A model generated the notes under the pieces. The model did no database searches, was not told the origin of the DNA, and saw only the letters and a program-made list of their open reading frames with translations. Of a stretch of DNA of 64,000 nucleotides, positions 1 through 9,701 are shown in pieces. Numbering within the stretch: position 1 is the stretch's first letter; the number at the start of each line of letters is the position of its first letter. The position numbers and the translations under genes were made by a program. Source of the stretch: Diplonema japonicum (Eukaryota; Protista; Euglenozoa: Diplonemea); contig OZ025737.1 of the NCBI GenBank assembly GCA_964019335.1, forward strand, positions 62,001 through 126,000, in the 5' to 3' direction.

Positions 1-758
1 CTGCCCTTTGATCATCTTTTCCTTTTTTTTTTATCTCCTTTTCCCTGACATGCTCGACAGCCCGAAGCAGGTATCAAAGTTTTTTTTTTCTTTTCTTTTT
101 TAACCTTCTTTTTATTCGAACCAGGCAACTCTCCCCCCAAAAAAAAAAAATTCGTGTGTTTTTGGGGGTTTAAGCCTTTCCTTACCGCACGATGTGTTAG
201 GGCGGAGGTGGATCGGTGGACGTGGAAAATTAGGTGATCCACCAAATCTCGCCTTTAAAAAAAAAAAAAAAAAAAAGAATTCCAAAGCCCTGTTCCGAGT
301 AACCACGATTCTCTTCCCTTCCCTGCTATCGTACTTTCTCTTTTTTTTTTTTTTTTTTTTCCATTTCATTATTAACTATGTCACACAGTTGTCTTTCAAG
401 AAAGGTATTGGTGGCGGCTTCTTTCTTTCTTTTTTTTTTTTTCCCCCGTTCTCGAAGAAAAAAGGGGGGTGGGACAGATCGAAAAATTAAAAAAAAGGGG
501 GTAGTGGCAAATATACACGTTTTTTTTTAAGGCGATCCTGTCACATACGCAGGTTCCCTTCAATGACACCTTTTTTTTGGGAGGGTATAAACCACAGAGA
601 ACACTAACGAAAACGAATGAGAAAAAAAAAAAACCTGTCTCTTGACTTTTTTTTTTTCGATTTAAACAACAATACAATTTTAATCAACCAATAAGAAGAA
701 GGGGGTGAAAAGAGCGAAATAACACAAAAAAAAAAAAAAAAAAACTGGCGGAAAAAAG

Positions 759-789
<31 letters not shown>

Positions 790-1560
790 ATGTCTCCTGT
801 GTTGTATCAGATCCTTTTTGTTCCCCTTCGAAGTCTCCCTTCTTTTTCTCTTTCGGGCTAACTTTATTATTACCCTGTTCTACCCCCCTCCTTAAATGTG
901 ACCCACCCCCTTAAAGGCGAAAAAAAAAAAATAATAACAAAAATTAAAAAAAAAAAAAAACGGAAAAGAAAAAAAATAGCCGCTATATCTAAGGTAGGGG
1001 CTTGGCAATTTCATCTGAGGGAAGCTTTTGCCTGTATTGCGAAGTCACTTCTCCCTCTTCCCTCCCCCGATTAATTTTTGGTGTTGCGAAGCTTGGGGGG
1101 TGTAGGGGGGAAGGGGGAGGGTATATCACCGACAAAAGATTTTCAAGTAAAAGGGATTTTATTAATTTAAAAAAAAAAAAAAAAAAAAAAGGAAGAAAAA
1201 AAAAAGAGGAGGAAAAAAAAGACCCTAACCATCTCTCAGGGCTCTTTTTTTTTTCCCTCTAAAAAAAAAACTTTTCTTTTTCTTGGTGACCACCCCTCCC
1301 CCCCTTTTTTTTCATTCTTACACCAACTCTGTTCCTTACCCCTTTATTATTATTATTATTATCCCCCGTTTCTGCCCCCCTCCCCCCTTCCCATGTCCCC
1401 CCCCCCCTTTTTTTTTCTCTCTCTATGCTGTCCCTTTACCCCCTCAAACACATTCCCGTTTATTTAATCATTTAAAAAAAAATACACCCACACAAAAAAA
1501 AAAATACCCATTCCCAGGCGTGGTGGTGGGGGAAAAAAAAAAAAAAAAGAATTCCCACCC

Positions 1561-3102
1561 ATGGAAGGATTCTGGGCCTATTCGCAGAAACACGCGAAAA
1601 AAAGGGACCATGCAGCAGGAACACCACCGCCAGCAATCAACATAGACAGCGATGAGGAAGATGAAGAAAGTGACGGGAGCGATAAGTCGACGGCCAGCGT
1701 GAGCACGGTGATGAGCTCGCTGATACAAGACTTCAGAATGGAAAGAGAATTCTGGGTCGGGCAGGAAGCAAGCAGCTTGTGTGACCTACCCGGCGACGCT
1801 ATGGTGTCCTGTTTCTATTTTCTATCGGAGAAGGAATTAATGCGGTGCTTGGTCACCTGCGCTGGCTGGCGAAGCCTATTGGTACAAGAAACCCCCGGAA
1901 ACGGATTCTTCTGGCGAAACGAAGTCCGACGGTTAATGCAGTCAGCGAGGGTGTGGTCGGTCCACCACAATCTTTACAAACTGTACTTTCGAAACAAGGG
2001 CACGCTACCCGACGTTGCGGACTCGGTGGTACTTTGCAAAATCCGAGCAAAAAAAATTTATGAGCTCAATAAAAGAAAACGGTTCTATGCAAAGCTTGCC
2101 CAGCAAGACGAGACCATACAACTTATTCAACGAGATGACACTGCAACCGACGACGGGACCATAGCTAATACCCCAGCTCATTTGTACTTTGTAAAAGCAT
2201 TCATCAAAGCCTCACGGGTCTACCGGGGAATGGGCGTCCCGCTTTTAGCATTCCTGTACTTCCAAGGGGGCGTTATCACCGTAGCACTGTCCATCGGGAC
2301 CCCACCGTTGTGGTGGCCGTTGTTCGTGCCGTCATTTCTCCTCACATCGATTTTCATCACAGCGTCGTGGATCGATGTTTGTGTCATGCTGTGCTCGATG
2401 TGTTGTGTTTCGGCTGTTAAGTACAACAAAGCCCTGCCTTCTTCACGGTGGCTAACGATTTCTGAGCACCCTACAGTCAACAGGGTTCTGATTTGGTTTT
2501 TAGGTGGTTTTTGGTCCGCTTTTCTTATAATGGTTGAGTACAAGATAGACGGGAAGGCTACGCATCCAGGTTGGGTCGTTGTGTTCGCACCTTTGCTGGC
2601 CATGTTGGGTGTTGTGATCATTGTGCTGGCGGTAGATCTTTATCGGCAGAGGATTATATACTTTTGGCTTGACGATGGGTACGATTTTGTGGAGAGCGAC
2701 AGGCGGTTAGAAGCGGAGCAGCAGTTGGATGAGACGTGGCATCATCTCATCTCACCGAAATTGTACTCCGCGTTGAGCTTTGCTGCTTTCATCACATTGA
2801 TCAGCATGAAGATCGATAGTGTTGTGGACATACCGTTCTCTGTAATATTCGTGCCCCTCTATTTCGTCCTGTACACCGCCAGGAGGCTTACTACTCGTTT
2901 CAATAAGGTGCACCGATATGTCACGTGGGGCATCATCTGTCACTTGGTTTTTTTTGTCTTGCTGGGCGTAAATCTCGACATCTCCGAGTACATTCACGGC
3001 ACCCCTACACGGGACAACCTTGTCATTCCAATGTCCGTGGTCAGCATCCCCTTCTGGGCTATCCTGCTCGGCCCGCTTTTGGAACGCTGTGGCCTTATCT
3101 AA
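1561..3102 (+). CDS. F-box plus TMEM185-like multi-pass membrane protein (513 aa)
   Basis: F-box-like LCDLPGDAMVSCFYFLSEKELMRCLVTCAGWRSL. The C-terminal half has repeated KIDG/KIDS...(W/F)xV(V/I)F(A/V)PL helical hairpins typical of TMEM185/TMEM60-type repeats. Confidence 0.7.
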   Translation: MEGFWAYSQKHAKKRDHAAGTPPPAINIDSDEEDEESDGSDKSTASVSTVMSSLIQDFRMEREFWVGQEASSLCDLPGDAMVSCFYFLSEKELMRCLVTCAGWRSLLVQETPGNGFFWRNEVRRLMQSARVWSVHHNLYKLYFRNKGTLPDVADSVVLCKIRAKKIYELNKRKRFYAKLAQQDETIQLIQRDDTATDDGTIANTPAHLYFVKAFIKASRVYRGMGVPLLAFLYFQGGVITVALSIGTPPLWWPLFVPSFLLTSIFITASWIDVCVMLCSMCCVSAVKYNKALPSSRWLTISEHPTVNRVLIWFLGGFWSAFLIMVEYKIDGKATHPGWVVVFAPLLAMLGVVIIVLAVDLYRQRIIYFWLDDGYDFVESDRRLEAEQQLDETWHHLISPKLYSALSFAAFITLISMKIDSVVDIPFSVIFVPLYFVLYTARRLTTRFNKVHRYVTWGIICHLVFFVLLGVNLDISEYIHGTPTRDNLVIPMSVVSIPFWAILLGPLLERCGLI

Positions 3103-3343
3103 TTTTTTTTTTCCCCCGAGACAGGGGTTAAAAAAAAGACGGGGGGAGGGGGGGGGGGGGGGGGGGGTATCTGAGCTCTAAGGAGCTGATTCGTCCATGC
3201 TTTCTTTGTTTAGCTATTTTGTTTCCTTCTTCTTTTTTTTTTCTTCTTTCCTTCAATTTTTTTTGTAGCCGATGGCGTTTCATATGTTTACATTGGTTTT
3301 GTTTTCGTTTTCTTTCTTTGTTTAGCATCTTGCACCACAGGAC

Positions 3344-6300
3344 ATGGCAAAGGCATGGTTGGTCTTCGTCACGCTGTGGGCATGCACCGCAGTGTCTAAT
3401 GGGAAGAACATCAGGGCGTCGGTCACTGCAGGATGGGGCCAGACAGAGCTTGTTCATGAGGCTGCTGAATTTGTAAGTGAAATGGGGGGAGAGGAGAAGT
3501 TCTGGGAATTTGTAGCGGGAGCGGAGGAGAGCCTCCAGGAAGGGATGACCGAGGAGGACGTGCACCAGGTTATCATGAGGCTCGGGGACAAGACGGTGGG
3601 GATGAAGTCCCTGATGGGCTTTGCCCTTGCCAACAGATACTACTCCCCGCGTGTTGTGGCACAAGCCTCGCTGTGCCCCGAAGCGACCCTCAGCGTGACC
3701 TCCCTCTGCAACCAGACGGCAAGCACTCTTGCCGAGCTCCGCACTGTTCTCAAGTCTCCCTGCTCAACACCTTACCCCTCCACCTTAGGCCATGCCCATG
3801 GCACAGCCCCACACTACCTCCTCTGCGCCCCTCTTGCCCACCCCGACCTTAAGGAGGTGCGCTCCATCCTCCTGTCAACCAAGGCTAGCTACACGCTCTG
3901 CCTGAACGGGAACTACACCTCAAGCGAGCACAACGTGGGCCTTCAGGGGTACGGGGTGTCGATGATGATCAAGGACATGGAGTACAAAGCAATGGACGAC
4001 AAGCAAAAAGACGAAGCAGGCGGCCAAGCTGAAGTGGAAGAAAAGGAAGAGGAGGCTGCCGACACAGTGCTAGGTGTGAAGCTGGAGGGCGTGCGCAAGG
4101 CGTACCCCGAAGCTGCGGAAGGCATCGATGCGCTGGAACAAAAACTACGTGAAAAGGAAGGCGAAGACGAGCACACTGCAGACATCAACCTCGCCGTGTG
4201 GCAGATTCAGGACCTGGGGTTCCAAGCTGCTTACAAGACGCTTAAGTCAGGAAGCCCCCTGCAGGCGCTTGCCACCATATCGCAAGACTTCCCGAGACAC
4301 GCGAATACCTTGTCAAAGATCAGCCGGACCAACTACAAGAGGGTCATGAAGGCACTCAAGAACCAGGCAGAAGCTATGCGTGGCAACCCGTCGTATCCCG
4401 AGCCAGGCAACTCGGCACTGTTTGTGAACAACGAGATGGTCGACATCAGTGAGCTGTCGGCACACTCGCTGTTTGAGCTGCTGGGAAAGATGCACAAGAA
4501 AACCTCGCACCTGGTGGACGTGGCCTCGTGGGGCTCTGCTGCTGACACGAATGAAACACGTGCCATCCTTGAGGCGCTGCAGAAGATCAACCTGGGCAGC
4601 GCCCCTGCACGCGGGCGCAGGAAACAAGAAGCCGTTCCCTCGCTGCGCTACGACTTCGACGCCGAAAAGGTAAGCTTTGCGAACGATATCGAGAAGGACG
4701 ACATGTACGCTGACTGGAACCCCCGCATGATGGGGCTGCCCAACTTCCCGAGGAAGAATATCTTCACGTCGATCAACCTGATCGACCCCATCCAGAGGGA
4801 GGGTCTGGGCCTGGCACAAATGGCACTTATGCTGCTAAGGCAGATGGCTCCTATTAGGATGGGCATTGTACTGGTGGACCCCAGCGTGGGCCCCGATGCG
4901 AAGGCCTCAGACGAGCAGGTCTCCGTCGAGACGGTGGACGGGACACAGCTGACAGTCACCACAAGGCAAGTCATTGCTTGCACTTTCCAAAAGATGTACG
5001 CACAAAGCCCGCAGTCGGCGTTTACTTACCTGTACAGGCTGAGGATGTCAGGTCGGGGTGAGAGGGTGACACTCGACGAGGTGGTGGCTTTGCTTGGCGG
5101 GGACCTGCAGGACGCTGTCGATGAGCAATGCGTAGCGAAGCTGAAGGAGGACTCCGAGTACGTTGCCAGCAAGGGCATGCTGTCCGAGCAGGCCAGCGTC
5201 CTGTTCAACGGTCTGCACTCCGAGAACCCGCAGGCAACTGTGATGTTCTTCCAGACGGAGGTGGAACAGGTGGCCCAACACATGTCGTCCTTCAAGAAGG
5301 AGCGCGACGTCTACAAGTTCCTAATGAAGGAGTTCTCCGCTGTCCAGAAGCACCAACCAGCTCTCGCAGACAAGAACAAAGCCTACCACTTGTTGCCCCC
5401 TTCTGCTATGTCGCCTCTTGACGATCTGCCGTACCTCTACAGCCCCAGCCACGAGACCGGACCTGTGCACACCACTATCCTGTTCGCTGCCAACCCCGCC
5501 CACCCTGTGACCCATGACCAGGTGGGCGAGATGCTCGCTTTTTTGAAGTCCGAAAAGGCGAACGGTGTGCGTGTCGCGGTGTTAGTTAACCCTGGGGACC
5601 ATGCAGAGAAGATCCAAAGGGCTCTTGCAGGGGTGAAGGGCGCTGCTGAAGGCGAGACCTTGACAATGTTTGAAAAATGCTACACGGAAGGGGTATGCAA
5701 GGGGGACGCTGTAGTGACTCCTGTGAAGATGCTACACCTGACGGGCCTAGAGGGCCCTGAGAACAGTTTCTCGATAAACGGGAGGGTTGTGAAGATCAGC
5801 ACGAAGGCGGGTGCAGATGTTGTGCCTGCCTTCACGGCAGACGACTGGGGCACTGCGGTAGAGCAGGGCAAGGAATTGGCGGAGGAGGTCAGGACCGTGC
5901 TGGCAGCTTCTGGAAGTCATGTTGCTACACAGGTCTACGCTGCGACGTCCGTTCTCATGGCAACGAAGTCCGAAACAGCGACCATCCACGGCCTGCACCA
6001 CGTCACGCAACAGCAGCGCCGCTTGGGCTTCAAGATCCCCGCGAAACTCGATGCAGATGCGCAGAACCCTTTCACGTTGGACATCATTGCAGTGCTGAAC
6101 CCACTGTCGGAAGAGGCACAGAAGGTGACACCCGTGCTGCAGGCCATCAACAGCATCATACCGTCGGAGATCTCAGTGTACTTGAACCCCTTGCAGGCCA
6201 TGAGCGAGGTCCCGCTGCGCACCTTTTACCGGTTCGTGTTCGAACCGAAGGTGAAGTTCGACGCGGAAGGTGCTGTGGCTACCCCAGCAGCTACCTTCGC

Positions 6301-7774
6301 AAGGCTCCCCGAACAGCAAGTCCTGACGATGGCTGTGCACGAGCCAGAGCCATGGATCGTGACGACGAAGGAGGCTCTGCATGACTTGGACAACATCAAG
6401 CTCAGCGACGTACGCACCAATACTCTGACAGCGAAGTACGAGCTGGACTACATCTTGGTGTCCGGGTCGTGCGTCGACACTGTAACAGGGCAGCCGCCTA
6501 GGGGCCTCCCGTTAGTCCTGTCGCACACCACGGAACACGACACCACCGACACACTCGTGATGTCCAACTTAGGGTACTTTCAACTCAAAGCCCGTCCGGG
6601 TGTATGGAATATGAGTATCCAAGAAGGCGGTAAGGCGGATAAAATGCACTACATCGAGGAAGGTGGCGGCACTGTGATTGTCAATTCCTTCGACGGGAAG
6701 ACCATGGATGTGAAGGTAGGCAGACGGGAGGGGATGGAAGACGAGGACCTCCTTAGAGAAGACGAGCCAGAAAACAAGCCCAAAACCGCGAAGAAAGAAG
6801 AAGGCATATACGGCAAGATATCGTCGCTGCTGTCAGGAGGCCAGAACGAGGGCGAAGTGAAGGTGCCTGAGAGGCCGACACTGAACATTTTCAGTGTGGC
6901 AACCGGGCATCTATACGAGAGGTTCTTGAAGATCATGATCCACACAACGATGCTGCACAGCAACGGGAAGGGGGCGAGGGTGAAGTTCTGGTTTTTGAAC
7001 AACTTCCTGAGCCCGCAGTTCAAAGAGAACATCCACAAGATGGCCGAGAAGTGGGGCTTTGAGGTAGGCCTGGTGACGTACAAGTGGCCGCAGTGGCTGA
7101 GAAGACAGAGTCAGAAACAACGCATCATCTGGGGGTACAAGGTGTTGTTCCTGGATGTTCTGTTCCCTCTGGATGTTGACAAGATTATTTACGTGGACGC
7201 GGATCAGATCGTGAAGTCTGACCTGCACGAGTTAGCCAACCTGGACCTTGCAGGCCGTGCTGTGGGGTACACTCCTTTTTGCATCCAGAACGCCAACGAA
7301 GAGACGCTTGGCTTCCGCTTCTGGGCTTCAGGGTACTGGAAAGACCATTTACAGGGCAGTCCTTACCACATCTCCGCCATTTATGTGGTGGATCTTAAAA
7401 AGTTCAGGCAAATGGCTGCTGGTGACACCTACCGTTCTCTGTATGATAACCTGTCACAGGACCCGAATTCTCTCTCGAATTTGGACCAAGATTTGCCTAA
7501 TTACGCACAAAATATTGTCCCCATATTCTCCCTCCCTGAACATTGGCTGTGGTGTGAGACTTGGTGCAATCAGGTATTAAAAAAAAAAATTATTTTTTTT
7601 AAAAAAAATAAAAAAAATCCCCAACAGAAATCCAAAGCCGCTGCCAAAACCATCGATCTTTGTAATAACCCGCTGACGAAGACGCCGAAGCTCGTGAATG
7701 CGAAAAGGATCGTCCCCGAATGGGTGTCTTATGACAAGATAATTGATGAGTTTGAAAAGTCTCTTGAACGGTGA
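3344..7774 (+). CDS. UGGT: UDP-glucose:glycoprotein glucosyltransferase; one in-frame 54-nt intron at 7574-7627
   Basis: Signal peptide; LQGYGV..IKDMEYKAMDD; GT24 catalytic domain (NIFSVATGHLYERF, WGYKVLFLDVLFPL, YVDADQ, NLDQDLPN, WLWCETWC). Removing GTATTA...CAACAG restores CNQ-KSKAAAKTIDLCNNP. Confidence 0.97.
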   Translation: MAKAWLVFVTLWACTAVSNGKNIRASVTAGWGQTELVHEAAEFVSEMGGEEKFWEFVAGAEESLQEGMTEEDVHQVIMRLGDKTVGMKSLMGFALANRYYSPRVVAQASLCPEATLSVTSLCNQTASTLAELRTVLKSPCSTPYPSTLGHAHGTAPHYLLCAPLAHPDLKEVRSILLSTKASYTLCLNGNYTSSEHNVGLQGYGVSMMIKDMEYKAMDDKQKDEAGGQAEVEEKEEEAADTVLGVKLEGVRKAYPEAAEGIDALEQKLREKEGEDEHTADINLAVWQIQDLGFQAAYKTLKSGSPLQALATISQDFPRHANTLSKISRTNYKRVMKALKNQAEAMRGNPSYPEPGNSALFVNNEMVDISELSAHSLFELLGKMHKKTSHLVDVASWGSAADTNETRAILEALQKINLGSAPARGRRKQEAVPSLRYDFDAEKVSFANDIEKDDMYADWNPRMMGLPNFPRKNIFTSINLIDPIQREGLGLAQMALMLLRQMAPIRMGIVLVDPSVGPDAKASDEQVSVETVDGTQLTVTTRQVIACTFQKMYAQSPQSAFTYLYRLRMSGRGERVTLDEVVALLGGDLQDAVDEQCVAKLKEDSEYVASKGMLSEQASVLFNGLHSENPQATVMFFQTEVEQVAQHMSSFKKERDVYKFLMKEFSAVQKHQPALADKNKAYHLLPPSAMSPLDDLPYLYSPSHETGPVHTTILFAANPAHPVTHDQVGEMLAFLKSEKANGVRVAVLVNPGDHAEKIQRALAGVKGAAEGETLTMFEKCYTEGVCKGDAVVTPVKMLHLTGLEGPENSFSINGRVVKISTKAGADVVPAFTADDWGTAVEQGKELAEEVRTVLAASGSHVATQVYAATSVLMATKSETATIHGLHHVTQQQRRLGFKIPAKLDADAQNPFTLDIIAVLNPLSEEAQKVTPVLQAINSIIPSEISVYLNPLQAMSEVPLRTFYRFVFEPKVKFDAEGAVATPAATFARLPEQQVLTMAVHEPEPWIVTTKEALHDLDNIKLSDVRTNTLTAKYELDYILVSGSCVDTVTGQPPRGLPLVLSHTTEHDTTDTLVMSNLGYFQLKARPGVWNMSIQEGGKADKMHYIEEGGGTVIVNSFDGKTMDVKVGRREGMEDEDLLREDEPENKPKTAKKEEGIYGKISSLLSGGQNEGEVKVPERPTLNIFSVATGHLYERFLKIMIHTTMLHSNGKGARVKFWFLNNFLSPQFKENIHKMAEKWGFEVGLVTYKWPQWLRRQSQKQRIIWGYKVLFLDVLFPLDVDKIIYVDADQIVKSDLHELANLDLAGRAVGYTPFCIQNANEETLGFRFWASGYWKDHLQGSPYHISAIYVVDLKKFRQMAAGDTYRSLYDNLSQDPNSLSNLDQDLPNYAQNIVPIFSLPEHWLWCETWCNQVLKKKIIFFKKNKKNPQQKSKAAAKTIDLCNNPLTKTPKLVNAKRIVPEWVSYDKIIDEFEKSLER

Positions 7775-8032
7775 TTTTTTTTTGATTTTATTATTTTTTT
7801 TTTTTCCGTAAGAAACATAGCATATACAAAATACCGTTACCAGCTGGTATGGATACCGTGCTATGCTATGCTCTGAAGAAAGAAAAGAAAGAAAAAGTGT
7901 TTCCCCCTTCTTTTCTTACCCCTTGAAGGCACCCCTTCCACCCTAGTGTGTTACAAATTACAAGTAAAGAAGAAGCGTTGTTATCCCGATACCACCCCGT
8001 GGGTAACTTTTTTTTTTTTTTTTAAAGTTTGT

Positions 8033-8079
<47 letters not shown>

Positions 8080-8264
8080 ACGGCTCACACCTCATCCCAC
8101 AGGTTACACTCCCCCTGCCCGCAACCCCGCCGGTTCTTATCCCCTCTTTCCCCCCAATTCCCTGCGTGCTTTTTCTCTTTGTAAAAGAAGAAAAGCTACA
8201 CTCCCTTTTAACACTTTAATCCCACCTTCTTCTTCTTTTTTTCTTCCCCACTTTTTTAAAAAAA

Positions 8265-9701
8265 ATGATGCAAAGTGCCCTGAAGCTTGCCGGTGCTGCT
8301 AATGGTGGCTGTGTGCCGCTCACCCCGAGCTCGTGGGTGGTGCCGCAAGGGGACAACGCGAGCGATGCTTTGATGGAGTTTTTGAACGAGCTGCCTGGCG
8401 ACATTGTAGGAAGGTTCTGGGGGAGGTTTCTCGCGGCTGGGGTGACCGACCTCCACACCTTGAGCAAGCTGTCATCCGTGCAGCTAAGGGAACTGGTGCC
8501 CCCTTTGGGTCCCTACAAGCACCTCTACGCAGAACTGCAGAAAGACTGGCACTGCGCTAAGTGCGGCTTCATCAACTACTCCCGCTACGGGAACGCGGAG
8601 TGCTACCGCTGCAGCTACCACCGCACGGTGTCGCATAACAACAACGTGATCCTGACCAGCAAGGACGCAGACACCAACAGGATCTCCGCCCTGCTGCACG
8701 AGCGGGAGCAGACCAGGCGTGCTCAGGACTTCGAGAGGGCCGATGCTATCCGCGAGCAGCTCCGTGCCATCGGTGTCGTGTGGGACGATGACATGAAGAC
8801 GTGGAGGACACCCGACGGGCGCTGCGGCAGGTGGGGCACACCCTCGCACGCAGCAGCCGCAGCAGGCGCTGCTCAAGGCGGGTACTGCATCAAGCTGCGC
8901 GGGCTGCCCTTCCGCATCCGCTACGACGACATCCGCAACTTCTTCGCCTTAGCGGGCATCGAGATCCTGCAGTACTCCGTTGTGCTGGAGAAGAACGCCG
9001 ACGGCCGTCCATCAGGCGTGGGCTACGTCAAGGTGGCCACACCGCAAGAACAGCAACAGGCGTGCGCGCAACTAAACCACAAGCACATCCCTGGCTACGA
9101 CCGCTACGCGTGGGTGGTCGAGTCCAGCGAGGCGGAGTACCAAGCGGCGAAGAACTCATGGGCTGGTGCCATCCTGACAGAGGGCCCTATCGAAGGCGAT
9201 GCACTGGAGACATCCCAAGTCCTGAAGGAGCGCGAGGAGTGCAGGAAGCTGAAACAGTACGAGAGGGCAGACATTATCAGAGAGACGTTGAAGGGGCAGG
9301 GCATCACCTTCGACGATGAGCTGAGGACGTGGACAGACAAGAATGGCAACAGCGGAAGGTGGGGGATGAAGACCCCATGCAGGCCTTTGGGGCTGGCCCA
9401 GATCGAGCTTCCTGCAGACCAGTCTGAGGAGCCGCTTTCGGAGGTCTCGTGGCCAACATCGAAGGAGGCAGAGGACGAAGAGTCGCCCCTCCTCTTTGGG
9501 AACATCTTCTCCCCCCCCACTGAGCCCATTGCCCCCCCTAGACGAGACGAGGAGGAAGATGATGTCTCGCAGATGCTCAGCGAGTACACCGACTCGTACG
9601 ATGCCTGTTACCCCGGTTCTCCTGCCCTCCAGGATGCTCCCCTAGTCACAAGGCTTCAAAGCATTCTTTGTGCCGTGGCACAGTCTCCCACATCCCCATA
9701 A
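8265..9701 (+). CDS. Multi-domain RNA-binding protein: SAM-like, RanBP2-type zinc finger, two CysRS C-terminal-like modules and an hnRNP F/H-type qRRM
   Basis: WHCAKCGFIN...CYRC; IKLRGLPF..RYDDIRNFF; two copies of RE..R....ERAD.IRE.L...G...DD...TW. Confidence 0.8.
   Translation: MMQSALKLAGAANGGCVPLTPSSWVVPQGDNASDALMEFLNELPGDIVGRFWGRFLAAGVTDLHTLSKLSSVQLRELVPPLGPYKHLYAELQKDWHCAKCGFINYSRYGNAECYRCSYHRTVSHNNNVILTSKDADTNRISALLHEREQTRRAQDFERADAIREQLRAIGVVWDDDMKTWRTPDGRCGRWGTPSHAAAAAGAAQGGYCIKLRGLPFRIRYDDIRNFFALAGIEILQYSVVLEKNADGRPSGVGYVKVATPQEQQQACAQLNHKHIPGYDRYAWVVESSEAEYQAAKNSWAGAILTEGPIEGDALETSQVLKEREECRKLKQYERADIIRETLKGQGITFDDELRTWTDKNGNSGRWGMKTPCRPLGLAQIELPADQSEEPLSEVSWPTSKEAEDEESPLLFGNIFSPPTEPIAPPRRDEEEDDVSQMLSEYTDSYDACYPGSPALQDAPLVTRLQSILCAVAQSPTSP

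Noticed and set aside
1-1560. Many short ORFs rich in F, K, P and G here and in other intergenic gaps
   Set aside because: They are translations of homopolymer runs with no protein-like composition.
7740-7880. UGGT lacks a KDEL/HDEL tail; possible hidden last exon, and a small hairpin around TACCAGCTGGTA
   Set aside because: The splice I tried gave no retention signal, and the hairpin is too weak to call as an RNA gene.
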